A stretch of DNA of 64,000 nt from Candidatus Oxydemutatoraceae bacterium (lineage in GTDB: Bacteria > Pseudomonadota > Gammaproteobacteria > Poriferisulfidales > Oxydemutatoraceae): contig OZ244717.1 in the NCBI GenBank assembly GCA_965218975.1, positions 2,017,001 to 2,081,000 of the forward strand, read 5' to 3'. The first letter of the stretch is position 1, and each line of letters begins with the position of its first letter. The position numbers were made by a program, and so were the translations under genes. The notes beneath the pieces were generated by a model that ran no database searches, was not told where the DNA came from, and saw nothing but the letters and a program-made list of their open reading frames with translations. Below are positions 21,513 through 33,853 of this stretch, in pieces.

Positions 21513-21816
21513 CGACTTTTAATCCACCCATTAGTCCCGAGATTGAAGGTTGATGCCGACCAATAATTCGCCGCGGCTATCGTGCCGAAATTTAATGGTC
21601 AACCGACAGCCTTCGTGCGACGTGGCCATAATGAGACCGGGTATATAATTTTGCTCGCGACGACATATCCGGGTAGCAAGACAGACAATAAGATTGACAT
21701 TGCCGGAAGTTTCTTGAACATGACTTCTCTCTCTTATGAAGATGAAAGCAACCCCGACTAATCATACAGACAATGCTCAAACCTGCCGGAGCGCAACCGA
21801 GCTTGGTTTGAAGCAA

Positions 21817-23307
21817 TTAAGTAAGACATGACACATCATCCTTTACCATCCGACGTGTCGCATTATTACGCCGCTCGCTCAGCTTTCGGAAATAATCTTT
21901 ACTCAAGTCATGCGCATACTTCCCATCAAAAACCGAGCATTCAAATGAGCGCAATTTTTTATTCCAAACCTGCACTGCTTTAATCAGGTCGCGGAGGTCC
22001 TGATAAATAAGAAAATCCGCGGCAATGGCATCGCAAACTTGCTGAGGACTTTTCTGGTAAGCAATCAATTCATCCAGGCAAGGCATATCAATTCCATAAA
22101 CATTAGGATAACGCACAGGAGGAGAAGCCGACGCAAAATAAACCTTTTTAGCTCCTGCATCCCGTGCCATCCTGACAATCTCACGCGATGTCGTGCCACG
22201 CACAATGGAGTCATCAACCAGCAATACATTCTTGCCCTGAAACTCAATGCCTAAAGGGTTTAGCTTCTGACGCACCGAACGGCTACGTTGCTGCTGTTGC
22301 GGCATGATGAAAGTCCTGCCGATATAGCGATTTTTAATAAACCCCTCACGACATGCGACACCCAAATCGCTTGCAAGTTCGAATGCGGCGGTGCGACTAG
22401 TGTCGGGTACCGGCATCACAACATCAATATCATAATCGGCCCATTCTCGCTTAATTTTCTCTGCCAAACAATTCCCCATATGCATCCGAGCTTTATGCAC
22501 AAATACATTATCAATCATCGAATCTGGGCGCGAAAAATATACGTACTCAAAAATACAGCTGCGATAACGCCCTTTATTATATTTTTCAGTATAAAAATCG
22601 CCCGTTGCGGTAATATAAACTGCTTCGCCGGGTTCAAGATCGCGCACTTTTTCAAACCCGGCGGTATCCAACGCAACACTTTCCGAAGCGATCATATATT
22701 CAACCCCCTGAGGTCCCTCTTTTTTTCCATAAACAATCGGGCGAATTCCGTAAGGATCACGAAACCCAAACACACCGCCGGCTGCTATCAACCCCACCAC
22801 CGCATAAGCGCCTAGGCAACGCTCGTGCACTCTTCTAATCGCACGGAAGATTTGCTTGGGGTCTAACATCAAAGAACGACTCATCAGTAATTCGTGCGCC
22901 AAAACATTGAGTAAAATCTCAGAATCGGAGCCAGTATTGATGTGCCGTAAATCTTGAGCAAACAACTCATTAACTAAAGTATCCGAGTTTACTAAGTTGC
23001 CGTTGTGCCCTAGGGCAATGCCATAAGGACTATTCACATAAAAAGGCTGGGCTTCGCTAATCTCGTGAGTTCCGGCAGTCGGATAGCGCACGTGCCCGAT
23101 ACCAAAATCGCCGCGTAATTTCTCAATGTGACCGGCATGAAACACATCGCGCACCAAACCATTTCCCTTGTGTCGATAAACATGCCCCGCCTCATCGCAA
23201 GTCACGATCCCGGCAGAATCTTGTCCACGGTGTTGCAGCACTGTTAGCGCATCATATAGCTGCACACTGACCGGGGGGTGACCACAAATTGCAACAATAC
23301 CGCACAT
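21817..23307 (-). CDS. purF: Amidophosphoribosyltransferase
   Basis: MCGIV, QHRGQD, HVRYPTAG, VDDSIVRGTTS. Confidence 0.98.
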   Translation of the reverse strand: MCGIVAICGHPPVSVQLYDALTVLQHRGQDSAGIVTCDEAGHVYRHKGNGLVRDVFHAGHIEKLRGDFGIGHVRYPTAGTHEISEAQPFYVNSPYGIALGHNGNLVNSDTLVNELFAQDLRHINTGSDSEILLNVLAHELLMSRSLMLDPKQIFRAIRRVHERCLGAYAVVGLIAAGGVFGFRDPYGIRPIVYGKKEGPQGVEYMIASESVALDTAGFEKVRDLEPGEAVYITATGDFYTEKYNKGRYRSCIFEYVYFSRPDSMIDNVFVHKARMHMGNCLAEKIKREWADYDIDVVMPVPDTSRTAAFELASDLGVACREGFIKNRYIGRTFIMPQQQQRSRSVRQKLNPLGIEFQGKNVLLVDDSIVRGTTSREIVRMARDAGAKKVYFASASPPVRYPNVYGIDMPCLDELIAYQKSPQQVCDAIAADFLIYQDLRDLIKAVQVWNKKLRSFECSVFDGKYAHDLSKDYFRKLSERRNNATRRMVKDDVSCLT

Positions 23308-23330
23308 GATTAAATTTTTTCCATACCGGA

Positions 23331-23858
23331 TTAGCGATGAACGGAAGGGAATGAGAAGTAATTACTATAATCGGTCGGCAACTGCATCACCGTAAAATGA
23401 GCGAATGTTTCAAACATCGGTAGCAATTCGGACCTCTTCCATACATCAGATAACGGCAATTTAGTCAATCCAGCAATGGCAACCAATAATATAATTACGA
23501 CACCGCCGCGCGTAATTCCGAATACCAGGCCCAGAAAGCGATCGATATTGCCCGTGCCACTCATCACAACTATCCGACTGATACCGGCGCCAAGCAGGTG
23601 ACCTACTATCAACGTGCCTACGACAATCGTGATGAACGATATAATAAAACTCACATCATGACTGTCAACCTCTTGATTGAAAAAAAACCACTGCATTGCG
23701 GGCACCCATTGCGCAGGAACCGAAGAAAAATAAAATGCTAAAACTAATCCTCCGACTAACGCGATAATTGCAACTAGTTCTCTAACAAATCCCTTAATCA
23801 AACCAATCACCGCAGAAATAATAATGATTAGCAGCACTACGGCATCACTGATTTCCAT
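23331..23858 (-). CDS. cvpA: CvpA family membrane protein
   Basis: GFVRE, DRFLGLVFG..RG; upstream of purF. Confidence 0.9.
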   Translation of the reverse strand: MEISDAVVLLIIIISAVIGLIKGFVRELVAIIALVGGLVLAFYFSSVPAQWVPAMQWFFFNQEVDSHDVSFIISFITIVVGTLIVGHLLGAGISRIVVMSGTGNIDRFLGLVFGITRGGVVIILLVAIAGLTKLPLSDVWKRSELLPMFETFAHFTVMQLPTDYSNYFSFPSVHR

Positions 23859-23871
23859 ACCGTCAGCCTAT

Positions 23872-24366
23872 TTATTGCTTTTTAAGCAATACATCATCCA
23901 ACCCTAAATTGCTTTTCAACTCTTCTGCCGCTTGTTGCATCTTTTGCTTATTATCGGGCCCGATTTCAACGAAAAACTTTTGCACACCCGCTTGAATGAG
24001 GCTTCGGTAGCCAGCAGCATAACCTTTTTCTTCCAGCATTAGAACTTGGTATTTTGCATTTTCCTCATTGGCAAATACACCAACTTGAACTTTCCATTGC
24101 CTTTCCGTTACAGATTCAAGCGGAGAGTTCTTAGTCACCGTATTGAGATCAATCTTCTCACGCAAACGTTGTAGCCCAGCTTTCCCTGGTGCCGGCAACA
24201 TATCAAACCTCTGATCAATCGTAATTTCCGGCTGCGCTGGAATATCCAGATTCATATCCGGTAGTTGTTTGTAGCCGCTGCCGTCAAAAATCAACGGAAG
24301 AAAAATTATAGCCAGCGAAACAATTGTAATAGCGCCGGCAAGCCTTTGCTTAATTTCCCGCTCCAT
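23872..24366 (-). CDS. dedD: SPOR-domain cell division protein (DedD-like)
   Basis: KQRLAGA N-terminal TM, WKVQVGVF..ENA SPOR; folC-dedD-cvpA synteny. Confidence 0.8.
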   Translation of the reverse strand: MEREIKQRLAGAITIVSLAIIFLPLIFDGSGYKQLPDMNLDIPAQPEITIDQRFDMLPAPGKAGLQRLREKIDLNTVTKNSPLESVTERQWKVQVGVFANEENAKYQVLMLEEKGYAAGYRSLIQAGVQKFFVEIGPDNKQKMQQAAEELKSNLGLDDVLLKKQ

Positions 24367-24388
24367 CAGTCGCTCGTGTCAAACAGCA

Positions 24389-25651
24389 TTATACGCCTGC
24401 GGCGATTGCTTCGGCTACTGTAACCATAGAGCCGAAAACAAGCAACCTATCTTCACTCTTCATCATCGCAAGTGCATTATGACAGGCATCAGATACCGAA
24501 ACTGTGTCATAAACCGGAACCCGGATTTTGTTTGCCTCCACAATCTCTTTCAGAACATCCAATCTGAGCGCTCGACTGGTATTGGGTTCAGTCAAGTACC
24601 AAACATCAACTAATGGAATAGTTTCACGTAGTATGCCGTGCACATCTTTATCCGAGAGTAACCCGAACACTGCATAAGTGCATCCTTCACATGGCAGATC
24701 GCGCAGGTTGTTTGCCAACACCGCTGCGCTGTGTGGGTTGTGCGCGATATCAAAAATCCGTAATTTCGCTCCTTGCTTAATCTCAAAACGGCCCGCCAAT
24801 CGCACTTGTTGCAAACCATCAATAGTTGCTTGCCGAATGACCGGCAATTGATCACGGATACAATGCAACGTCATCAGCGCAGTGGCAGCATTACACAATT
24901 GTGCACGACCAAATAGCGCAGGTTTGGGAACATCCCGAACGAGTTCTTCGCCTAAATGAAAATCGCATTTTTCTCCGACGGATATACAAGAAAAATCAGT
25001 CCCTTGACAATATAGATTCGCACCTTTTTTGCCGGCCACCTCGACAATCGTTTGCGGCAGGTCCGTATCACCGCATATCACCGGTTTATTGCGTCGCATG
25101 ATACCGGCTTTCTCGTATGCGATTGCTTCCCGGTCATGCCCCAACCACTTGACATGATCAATCCCTATACTAGTGATAACCGATGCCACCGGTTCAACAA
25201 TGTTGACCGCATCAAGCCTTCCGCCTAATCCGGTTTCTAAAATCATCATATCGAGCGGGAAACGCTTAAAACAATATAATGCCGCCAAAGTGCCAAATTC
25301 AAAAAAACTTAAACTAGTGCCATAGCGTTTACGATCAATAAAATCAAATGCTTCACATAACAAATGATCTTCAACCGCGCCTTCGTCAATACAAATGCGT
25401 TCGTTGTAACGCAACAAATGCGGCGATGTATAACTTCCCACATGATAACCGTGGGCGCACAAAATAGATTGTAAAATTGCAACGGTTGAACCTTTTCCAT
25501 TAGTCCCTGCAACCAGAATCACCGGTGTCTCAACCGGTAAAAGCCGGCAATTCTCGGCAACTGTACGAACGCGTTCAAGACCCAAATCAATAGCGATCGG
25601 ATGCAATTTTTCTTGCCACGCCAACCAATCAGATAATCTTGCGTGTCTCAC
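24389..25651 (-). CDS. folC: Folylpolyglutamate/dihydrofolate synthase
   Basis: VAGTNGKGST, YTSPHL..YNERI, GLGGRLDAVN, DIAHNP. Confidence 0.97.
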   Translation of the reverse strand: MRHARLSDWLAWQEKLHPIAIDLGLERVRTVAENCRLLPVETPVILVAGTNGKGSTVAILQSILCAHGYHVGSYTSPHLLRYNERICIDEGAVEDHLLCEAFDFIDRKRYGTSLSFFEFGTLAALYCFKRFPLDMMILETGLGGRLDAVNIVEPVASVITSIGIDHVKWLGHDREAIAYEKAGIMRRNKPVICGDTDLPQTIVEVAGKKGANLYCQGTDFSCISVGEKCDFHLGEELVRDVPKPALFGRAQLCNAATALMTLHCIRDQLPVIRQATIDGLQQVRLAGRFEIKQGAKLRIFDIAHNPHSAAVLANNLRDLPCEGCTYAVFGLLSDKDVHGILRETIPLVDVWYLTEPNTSRALRLDVLKEIVEANKIRVPVYDTVSVSDACHNALAMMKSEDRLLVFGSMVTVAEAIAAGV

Positions 25652-25699
25652 AACCGTATCACCAACGCTTTACGGATCACTAATCCTTGCAAAATAAAA

Positions 25700-26554
25700 T
25701 TATCTTAATGGAACATGAAGCAGTGAAAGAATGCTACCGATGCGATCCTTTAGTTCATGCCGCGGCACGATCATATCAATTGCGCCATGTTCAAGTAGAA
25801 ATTCACTACGTTGGAATCCCTCAGGCAAGTTCTCTCTCACGGTTTGCTTGATAACTCGAGGGCCGGCAAAACCAAGTAAAGCGCCGGGCTCGGCAATAAT
25901 CACATCTCCAAGCATTGCCAAACTTGCCGAAACTCCCCCCATTGTCGGATCAGTCAACACCGAGATAAACGGCAAGCGATGCGCCGAAAGTTTTTCCAGC
26001 ATTGCGGCAGATTTCGACATTTGGAACAGCGACACCAAAGACTCTTGCATCCGGGCGCCACCACTAGTCGCAAAACAAACAAGGGGTAATTTCTTAGCGA
26101 TACAATGATCAACCGCACGCCTGAAACGTTCGCCGACTACTGCACCCATTGATCCCCCAATAAACGAAAATTCAAATGCGGCAACAACCAGCAGCCGACC
26201 CAATAATTTGCCTTCCATTATTATCAAAGCGTCATTCTCGCCAGTCTGCTTCTGTGCTTGACTGAGACGATCGTTATATTTGATACGATCTTTAAATTTC
26301 AGGAAATCAAGTGGTTTAATTTGTGTGCCCAGTTCTTTTCTGCCATCCGGATCAAGAAAAGTATCCAACCGCTTACGTGCGCTAATCCTAGTCATGTGAT
26401 GACACTTGGAGCAAACGTACAAATTCTGCTCTAATTCGGGTTTATACAGCATTGCACCGCAAGCATCACATTTCTGCCACAGTCCTTCGGGTACCCGGCG
26501 CGTTGCCGTTGATTTTCTAATTCTTGATGGAATTAGTTTCTTATACCACCCCAT
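25700..26554 (-). CDS. accD: Acetyl-CoA carboxylase carboxyltransferase beta subunit
   Basis: Zn finger, [21 protein letters not shown]. Confidence 0.97.
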   Translation of the reverse strand: MGWYKKLIPSRIRKSTATRRVPEGLWQKCDACGAMLYKPELEQNLYVCSKCHHMTRISARKRLDTFLDPDGRKELGTQIKPLDFLKFKDRIKYNDRLSQAQKQTGENDALIIMEGKLLGRLLVVAAFEFSFIGGSMGAVVGERFRRAVDHCIAKKLPLVCFATSGGARMQESLVSLFQMSKSAAMLEKLSAHRLPFISVLTDPTMGGVSASLAMLGDVIIAEPGALLGFAGPRVIKQTVRENLPEGFQRSEFLLEHGAIDMIVPRHELKDRIGSILSLLHVPLR

Positions 26555-27380
26555 ATTGAAACCTGGTTTCAGTCATAGTTGCATCGATTGTCTGACGAAT
26601 CGCAGACAATGCCACTAAAACTTTTTCGCGACGGGCAGCAATACTCAACGCCGGATTGCTAATAATCTTTACCAACGCGCTCCCAATCACAATACCGTCG
26701 GCAAAGCTTGCAATCTGTGCCGATTCCGTCGCGCTCTTGATACCAAATCCAACACTAATCGGTAGTTTGGTATGCCAGCGAATCATCTGCAGGTGTTGGC
26801 TCACATCTTGTATATCCAAATGCCCTGCGCCGGTTACGCCTTTTAATGCGACATAATAAATAAATCCCCGACTCACGTTGCAAATTTCCACTACTCTTTT
26901 TTCGGAAGTAGTCGGTGACAATAAAAATATCGGATCAATCCCTCCCGCCAGTAATGCCGCCCGACTTTCGGCGGATTCTTCCACCGGCAAATCAACCGTC
27001 AACACCCCGTCAACCCCTACTTGCTTGATCTGCTCGACAAACTCTTTCTGCCCGATCGCTTCAATCGGATTCTGATAACTCATCAGAATAATAGGAGTCA
27101 ACGAATCGCGCTGACGAAATTCACCTACCATACGCAATATGGCGGAAAGATTAACCTCGTGGGATAAGGCTCGCTCATAGGCTCGCTGTATTACCGGACC
27201 ATCGGCGATCGGATCGGAAAAAGGCACACCGAGCTCGATCATATCGGCCCCCGCTTGCACCAATGTATGCAGCAAACCGACAGTTTCTTGCGGATGCGGG
27301 TCACCGGCGGCGATATAAGGAATCAAAACACGTTTGTTATTTTCTTCAGCAGCGGAAAAACAATCGCTGATACGACTCAC
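26541..27380 (-). CDS. trpA: Tryptophan synthase alpha subunit
   Basis: [26 protein letters not shown]. Confidence 0.97.
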   Translation of the reverse strand: MSRISDCFSAAEENNKRVLIPYIAAGDPHPQETVGLLHTLVQAGADMIELGVPFSDPIADGPVIQRAYERALSHEVNLSAILRMVGEFRQRDSLTPIILMSYQNPIEAIGQKEFVEQIKQVGVDGVLTVDLPVEESAESRAALLAGGIDPIFLLSPTTSEKRVVEICNVSRGFIYYVALKGVTGAGHLDIQDVSQHLQMIRWHTKLPISVGFGIKSATESAQIASFADGIVIGSALVKIISNPALSIAARREKVLVALSAIRQTIDATMTETRFQYGVV

Positions 27381-28582
27381 AGCTCCATACCCTCAATTTT
27401 TGCAACTGTCGTCAAGTCTTTGTCTCCACGACCGGATAGATTAATCACAATGCTTTCATTTTTTGGCATTCTTGCGCAAAGCTTTTCCGCATAAGCAATC
27501 GCATGACTAGTTTCCAATGCGGGGATAATCCCTTCGCAACGCGTTAGGCGATGGAATCCCCGCAATGCTTCTTCATCGGACACAGCGACATATCGGGCGC
27601 GCTTGGTATCTTTCAAATAAGCATGCTCCGGCCCGACACCGGGATAATCCAAACCGGCGGATACGGAATGCGTCGATAAAATTTGCCCGTCACGCGACTC
27701 TAATAAATAGGTGCGATTTCCGTGTAACACTCCGGGTGTTCCCGCTACCAGCGATGCCGCATGTTTTTTACTATCCAGCCCCTCGCCTGCCGCTTCAACG
27801 CCATATAACGCAACACTCTCATCATCAAGAAACGGATAGAACAATCCCAATGCGTTCGAACCGCCACCGACACAGGCAACCAGAGCCTGCGGCAAATTCC
27901 CGGTCATCTCCAAAATTTGCTGTCGAGTTTCCCGACCGATAATCGATTGAAAGTCACGCACAATGGTCGGATACGGATGCGGACCGGCAACCGTCCCGAT
28001 AATATAAAACGTGTTATCAACATGCGTCACCCAGTCACGCATCGCTTCATTCATCGCATCTTTCAAAGTGCATGAACCTCCGGTTACAGGCACCACTTCG
28101 GCCCCTAACAAACGCATGCGATATACGTTGGGACTTTGCCGTCGGATATCTTCGGTCCCCATGAACACCACACACTCAACCCCTAAACGCGCAGCAACGG
28201 TCGCCGTTGCAACGCCATGCTGTCCGGCACCTGTTTCGGCAATTAAACGAGTCTTCTGCATACGCTTTGCCAACAATGCTTGTCCTAAAGCGCTGTTGAT
28301 CTTATGCGCACCGGTGTGGTTTAAATCCTCTCGTTTCAAATAAATCTGCGCTCCCCCGATTTCTTCGCTCCAGCGCTGTGCATGATATAAAGGACTGGGA
28401 CGCCCAACATAATGTTTAAGTTCATAGTCAAGTTCCGCATGAAATTCAGCATCATTTTTATAACGTTGGTAAGTCTCTTCCAGTGCATACAACGGATGCA
28501 TTAAGGTCTCGGAAACGAACCTCCCGCCATAAATGCCAAAATGACCATCTGCGTCAGGCATATTCTTTGTTTCATCCGACAT
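27377..28582 (-). CDS. trpB: Tryptophan synthase beta subunit
   Basis: [34 protein letters not shown]; start placed at 28582. Confidence 0.98.
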   Translation of the reverse strand: MSDETKNMPDADGHFGIYGGRFVSETLMHPLYALEETYQRYKNDAEFHAELDYELKHYVGRPSPLYHAQRWSEEIGGAQIYLKREDLNHTGAHKINSALGQALLAKRMQKTRLIAETGAGQHGVATATVAARLGVECVVFMGTEDIRRQSPNVYRMRLLGAEVVPVTGGSCTLKDAMNEAMRDWVTHVDNTFYIIGTVAGPHPYPTIVRDFQSIIGRETRQQILEMTGNLPQALVACVGGGSNALGLFYPFLDDESVALYGVEAAGEGLDSKKHAASLVAGTPGVLHGNRTYLLESRDGQILSTHSVSAGLDYPGVGPEHAYLKDTKRARYVAVSDEEALRGFHRLTRCEGIIPALETSHAIAYAEKLCARMPKNESIVINLSGRGDKDLTTVAKIEGMEL

Positions 28583-29219
28583 GCATTGAATCCTCATCAA
28601 TCTTGCGCACCACGCAAACAAATTGTTTCATCAACTGCGGGTTTTTAATACCTTTTTTTGCTTCAACACCACTTGAAACATCTACTGCATACGGATGTAG
28701 ACATCGAATGCTATCGGCAACATTATCCGCTGTCAGACCACCGCTGACAATCAACGGTACTTGCGTGTTCGGTCGGCATTTCGACCAGGCAAAAGTCTTA
28801 CCGGTGCCGCCGGCCTGTCCTACTTGATTCGAATCAAGCACAAACCCACTGGCGGTCGCAAGATACTCGTCAACATACGCGGCAAAATTGCCGACGGTTC
28901 CCATTGGAACCGACTTCCAATACGGCATAGCAAATGAAGCACAGAAATTCTCATGCTCCGACCCATGAAACTGCAAACAATCAAACGGTACATTTTTGAC
29001 TATCCGCATAATGTCATCGTACCGCGCATCCATAAATACGGCGATAGCCGACAATGACGGCGGTTTGCGTTCCAATAACTTTGCCGCATCTTGCGGCGTG
29101 ATATACCGCCCGCTAGAAGGATAAAACACCAAACCGATCGCGTCCACTCCGAGTTGCGCCGCAATTTCCATATCTACCTGACGGGTAATGCCGCATATTT
29201 TGATCCGTGTGCGCACCAC
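28572..29219 (-). CDS. trpF: Phosphoribosylanthranilate isomerase
   Basis: [25 protein letters not shown]; start approximate. Confidence 0.95.
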   Translation of the reverse strand: MVRTRIKICGITRQVDMEIAAQLGVDAIGLVFYPSSGRYITPQDAAKLLERKPPSLSAIAVFMDARYDDIMRIVKNVPFDCLQFHGSEHENFCASFAMPYWKSVPMGTVGNFAAYVDEYLATASGFVLDSNQVGQAGGTGKTFAWSKCRPNTQVPLIVSGGLTADNVADSIRCLHPYAVDVSSGVEAKKGIKNPQLMKQFVCVVRKIDEDSMHVG

Positions 29220-29223
29220 TTCA

Positions 29224-30039
29224 TTATCCGCTTTGCGATATATCCTTACGGCAAGGAAAAGGAAACATACGATCAAACATTGTTACTTCAGGCAAATTAC
29301 ACCGCATATCATACTGCACGCCGATTAAATAAAGGCCGCTAGCCGCTGCGGTAAACCCGCCGTAGGTCCGATCACGCCGTGCAAGTAACTCGGCAAGCCA
29401 TTCAACCGGCATTGTCCCATTACCTATTAGGATTAAATTGCCAACAATGTTACGTACCATATGTTGAACAAAAGCATTAGCGCAGATATCAATCACGACA
29501 AAATCGTCCCAACGTTTGACCCTCACCTCAAATACACGACGCACCGGGCTTTTGGAATGACATCCTGCCGCACGAAAACTGCTGAAATCATGCTCGCCAA
29601 CCAGAATCTGAGCCGCTTCATGCATCAAAGCAGCAGATAAGGACTGGTACACATGCGTTGTGAAATGGCGTATCAATGCATGTTTTTCATTGCAGTTCAA
29701 TATTATATAACGATAATATCGGCGCACCGCGCTATAACGTGCATGAAAATCATCACGAACATTTACTACCGTTGAAATTGAAATATCTTCCGGCAAAAAA
29801 GATCCTGCACCACGCTGCCATTGATTAATACTGCGTTGCGCCTCGGTCGAAAAATGAATCACTTGCCCAAGCGCATGCACACCGGCATCAGTTCTCCCGG
29901 CACAAATCAATGTAACCGGATGGTTAGCTACCTGAGAAAAAGCATTTTCAACGCAATCTTGGATATTACGTGCGTGGGATTGGCTTTGCCAACCGCAAAA
30001 TTTTGTTCCGTCATACTCAATGACTGCGGCATACTTCAT
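29224..30039 (-). CDS. truA: tRNA pseudouridine(38-40) synthase
   Basis: EYDGT...GWQ, AGRTDAGVHA, HDFSSFR, HMVRNIVG. Confidence 0.97.
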   Translation of the reverse strand: MKYAAVIEYDGTKFCGWQSQSHARNIQDCVENAFSQVANHPVTLICAGRTDAGVHALGQVIHFSTEAQRSINQWQRGAGSFLPEDISISTVVNVRDDFHARYSAVRRYYRYIILNCNEKHALIRHFTTHVYQSLSAALMHEAAQILVGEHDFSSFRAAGCHSKSPVRRVFEVRVKRWDDFVVIDICANAFVQHMVRNIVGNLILIGNGTMPVEWLAELLARRDRTYGGFTAAASGLYLIGVQYDMRCNLPEVTMFDRMFPFPCRKDISQSG

Positions 30040-31067
30040 TATTCAGACTCATGCCGTCTGTTATGAACGATATAACGTCCGATAACCATCAAAAAACCAA
30101 CACCGCTTACCATTGCCAATCCCCACCAGAAATAGGGTAATGCGACCCACTGATAAAATTTCGCTTTCCAAGTGGATTGCTCATGCGGTCTCGAAACTAT
30201 CGGAATCTCCTCTGATCGAACTGTTTCGCTTTGCGCGTATGCCAACTGATTTTCCAATACCGATAACTGACGTTGTAACATTTCCGCCGAAACTGCCCCG
30301 TCGTCTGTAAGCCGCTCGGTCAAACCTTCCTGCAGCAAACGATTCAGCAGAGGCTTTCCCGATACCGAAAACAAAATGTTGGTGACCGCCGCGGTCGCAC
30401 CGCGTTCAAGTTTTTGTGAAAATAGCTGCTCCTCTTCAAAAGTCATTAACGCACGTAGCCCTTCCGTAAACTCCTTATCAACGCTGTTTTCTCGTAAAGC
30501 GACAATCAGTCGGCGCTCACCTGATCGCATAAAATCATCCGTTTGCAAAGAACGTAGTTCCGCCATAACTTCAGCATGTGTTAAACCTTGATCAGCGCTT
30601 AACAAAACCAACAACTTCGATAATATTTCCGGCGCTGTTAGCGTTCTCTTCGGAGAAACTTCCGGCTCAATAATCGGCGCTCGCGTCAAGCGGATATGAC
30701 AGGGCTCAAACCGCACTGCTTCTGCAGTATCGATCTCAAGTAAAACTGTTGACATCTTTTGATTGAGCACGCCGATCGAACTGATAGCAACATAGGCGGG
30801 AACGGCGGAAAGTACGGGCTCCACCAAAATACGCCGATGCAAATCAGTGTAGGGAAGATTACGCTCTTTGTAATGCGCCGACGAAGCATGACGAAACCTC
30901 ATCTCCGCCAGCTTATCGCCAGCCGCATCAAGCACCCATCGCGCATCAAGGGTCTGCCCGAGATAACTATCAATTTTTAAGCGGCAGGTCTCAGCGACAG
31001 ACAATTGAGGGATTACCGACCATATCAGCAGGCATCCTGTTGCCAATATTCTTGCATGCCGCTTCAT
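30039..31067 (-). CDS. Divergent FimV-like membrane protein
   Basis: Signal peptide, SYLGQTLDA resembling FimV N-terminus, C-terminal TM; occupies the asd-fimV-truA position. Confidence 0.5.
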   Translation of the reverse strand: MKRHARILATGCLLIWSVIPQLSVAETCRLKIDSYLGQTLDARWVLDAAGDKLAEMRFRHASSAHYKERNLPYTDLHRRILVEPVLSAVPAYVAISSIGVLNQKMSTVLLEIDTAEAVRFEPCHIRLTRAPIIEPEVSPKRTLTAPEILSKLLVLLSADQGLTHAEVMAELRSLQTDDFMRSGERRLIVALRENSVDKEFTEGLRALMTFEEEQLFSQKLERGATAAVTNILFSVSGKPLLNRLLQEGLTERLTDDGAVSAEMLQRQLSVLENQLAYAQSETVRSEEIPIVSRPHEQSTWKAKFYQWVALPYFWWGLAMVSGVGFLMVIGRYIVHNRRHESE

Positions 31068-31072
31068 TCCAT

Positions 31073-32101
31073 TTACAGATAGTCTCGGATTAAAACTTCT
31101 GCAATCTGAATGCTATTAGTAGCGGCCCCCTTGCGCAAATTGTCGCTCACAATCCATAGATTCAAACCATTCGGATGTGAAATATCGCGACGAATCCGTC
31201 CGATAAACACCATATCACTACCTTGCGCCTCACTAGCCGCAGTGGGGTAACCACCATCACAACGCTCATCAATCACTTTAATGCCGGGCGCTTCAGACAA
31301 TAAGACCGTTGCGTCATCAATATCAACCGGTAAGGCAAATTCAAGGTGTACCGCTTCCGAATGACCATACAGCACCGGAATACGCACCGTAGTCGGATTT
31401 ACTCTAATCGTATCATCGGCAAGAATCTTCTGCGTCTCCCAGACCATTTTCATTTCTTCTCTGGTATAGCCGTTTGGCATAAATACGTCAATATGAGGTA
31501 GAGCATTAAAAGCAACTTGCTTTGGATAGACGACGCCCGCAGTCGGTATTTCGTTGTTGAGTAACACACGTGTCTGGGTTAGCAATTCATCAATCGCTTT
31601 TTTTCCCGTGCCTGAAACCGCTTGATAAGTTGCAACATTAATCCGCGTGACGGTATAACGGTCATGCAAGGGCTTTAGTGCAACTACCATCTGTATCGTT
31701 GAGCAATTTGGATTTGCGATAATTCCTGTTTTAGCGTACGTGGCAATAGCGGAAGGATTGACTTCCGGCACAACCAACGGAATATCTTCCTCATAACGGA
31801 ACTGCGACGTATTATCAATGACAACACAACCCGCCGAGGTTGCACGCGGCACATATACTTTAGAAACCGAAGCGCCGGCAGAAAAAAGTGCAATCGACAC
31901 TTTTGCGAAATCAAACGTCGCCAACTCCATTACTCGCAATGTTTGACCCTTAAATCGTATTTGTTTACCAGCAGATTTACCACTCGCTAACAGATATAAA
32001 TTTCCCATCGGAAAATTACGTTCGGATAGCACTTGCAACATACATTCGCCGACAGCACCGGTTGCGCCGACAATCGCCAAATCAACTTGTTTCTCCACCA
32101 T
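31073..32101 (-). CDS. asd: Aspartate-semialdehyde dehydrogenase
   Basis: VGATGAVG, IANPNCST, DNLRKGAA. Confidence 0.97.
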   Translation of the reverse strand: MVEKQVDLAIVGATGAVGECMLQVLSERNFPMGNLYLLASGKSAGKQIRFKGQTLRVMELATFDFAKVSIALFSAGASVSKVYVPRATSAGCVVIDNTSQFRYEEDIPLVVPEVNPSAIATYAKTGIIANPNCSTIQMVVALKPLHDRYTVTRINVATYQAVSGTGKKAIDELLTQTRVLLNNEIPTAGVVYPKQVAFNALPHIDVFMPNGYTREEMKMVWETQKILADDTIRVNPTTVRIPVLYGHSEAVHLEFALPVDIDDATVLLSEAPGIKVIDERCDGGYPTAASEAQGSDMVFIGRIRRDISHPNGLNLWIVSDNLRKGAATNSIQIAEVLIRDYL

Positions 32102-32106
32102 AACTT

Positions 32107-33192
32107 TTAACCCTCTAAAAGATAGTCCACAACCGTGTCGCCCATTTTAGCAGTCGAAACTACCGGCATATCGGAATTAATATCAGCAGTGCGCACTCGC
32201 GTCAGTGCGGCACTAATCGCATGTTCAATCCAATCTGCCGCTGTTACTTGATTCAATGAATAACGCAATGCCATTGCCAATGAACTAATCATCGCCAACG
32301 GATTAGCGCTACCGGTGCCGGCGATATCGGGTGCCGACCCGTGTACCGGTTCGTACAACCCGCATGATGTTTGAGCATTCAGCGATGCCGACGGCAATAA
32401 ACCGATCGACCCAGTCAACATTGATGCCAAATCCGACAAAATATCACCAAACATGTTGGAGGTGAGAATCACATCAAATTGCGCCGGATTGCGCACTAAT
32501 TGCATCGCCGCATTATCCACATATAAATGCGTCAAAGTAACTTTAGGATAGTCCTGCGCTACTTCCTCAACCACTTCACGCCACAACATCGATACTTCCA
32601 AAACGTTTGCCTTATCAACCGAACATAAGCGGCAATTGCGTGACATTGCAGTTTTGAACGCAACTTGCGCAATGCGACGAATCTCATCCTCATGGTAACT
32701 TAGGGTATTGACGGCTCTGCGTTTACCGGCGTTATCGCATGATACCCCTCGTGGGGTTCCGAAATAAATGCCGCCGGTCAATTCTCGCACAATCATAATA
32801 TCCAGACCGGCAATCACTTCGCGCCTAAGCGTTGAAGCATTCGCTAAAGCGGGGTGACATCGCACCGGACGCAAATTGGCAAATAAATCAAGTGCGCGGC
32901 GTAAAGACAGCAAACCCGCTTCGGGGCGCAGAGCAGGGTCCGGTACATCGTACCGGGGTGTGCCGACCGCCCCCATCAAAATTGCATCACAAGAACGTGC
33001 TTGCGCCAACACCGTATCCGGTAAAGGCTTACCGCAATCTTCATACGCCGCCCCTCCTATCAGACCATGATCAACCTGTAGTTTGATTCCCTTTTGTTGT
33101 AATGCAGCGATGACTTTTTCCAATTCGGCAGTAATCTCGGGACCGATGCCATCACCCGGCAATAGCAAAATACGCTGTTCTCCGTCACGCAT
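32107..33192 (-). CDS. leuB: 3-isopropylmalate dehydrogenase
   Basis: [40 protein letters not shown]; start placed at 33192. Confidence 0.97.
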   Translation of the reverse strand: MRDGEQRILLLPGDGIGPEITAELEKVIAALQQKGIKLQVDHGLIGGAAYEDCGKPLPDTVLAQARSCDAILMGAVGTPRYDVPDPALRPEAGLLSLRRALDLFANLRPVRCHPALANASTLRREVIAGLDIMIVRELTGGIYFGTPRGVSCDNAGKRRAVNTLSYHEDEIRRIAQVAFKTAMSRNCRLCSVDKANVLEVSMLWREVVEEVAQDYPKVTLTHLYVDNAAMQLVRNPAQFDVILTSNMFGDILSDLASMLTGSIGLLPSASLNAQTSCGLYEPVHGSAPDIAGTGSANPLAMISSLAMALRYSLNQVTAADWIEHAISAALTRVRTADINSDMPVVSTAKMGDTVVDYLLEG

Positions 33193-33205
33193 ATCAATTT
33201 GCAGA

Positions 33206-33853
33206 TTACTTCGACCCTTCAAATAGCCACGCTGCCTGCTTCATCCGTCTGCGCTCATAAGCACGTATGTCATCGGCATATCGCAATGTCAAATCAATTT
33301 CATCTAGCCCTTTCAATAAACACTCTTTGGCAAAACTATCAATGTCAAAATTCCAGCAATTAGCATCATCAGTCACATTCTGTTCCGATAAATTGATTGT
33401 CAAACGGTATCCGCTTTGCGCTGCACAATTGGCGAACAATATATCCACATTGTTCATACTTAATCGTACCGGTAGTAAACAGTTTTTAATCGCGTTAGTG
33501 TAAAAAATATCCGAGTAGCTTGGTGCGATAACAGTATTGATCCCGTAATCTTTCAATGCCCAAACCGCATGTTCACGTGAAGAACCGCAACCAAAATTTT
33601 CGCGTGCGAGCAAAATCTCAGCATCTCTATATGCCAGCCGATTCAAAATGAAATCCGGGTTAACACGGCGTTTTGAATGATCTTGCATCGGTTCACCCGG
33701 ATCAAGATAGCGCCAACTATCAAATAGGTTTACACCAAAACCGCTACGCTCCACCGACTTCAAGTACTGTTTGGGAATAATCACATCGGTATCAACATTG
33801 GCGCAGTCCAACGGCGCTACTACTCCGGTATAAGTCTGAAATGCACGCATCAT
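33206..33853 (-). CDS. leuD: 3-isopropylmalate dehydratase small subunit
   Basis: [23 protein letters not shown]. Confidence 0.97.
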   Translation of the reverse strand: MMRAFQTYTGVVAPLDCANVDTDVIIPKQYLKSVERSGFGVNLFDSWRYLDPGEPMQDHSKRRVNPDFILNRLAYRDAEILLARENFGCGSSREHAVWALKDYGINTVIAPSYSDIFYTNAIKNCLLPVRLSMNNVDILFANCAAQSGYRLTINLSEQNVTDDANCWNFDIDSFAKECLLKGLDEIDLTLRYADDIRAYERRRMKQAAWLFEGSK

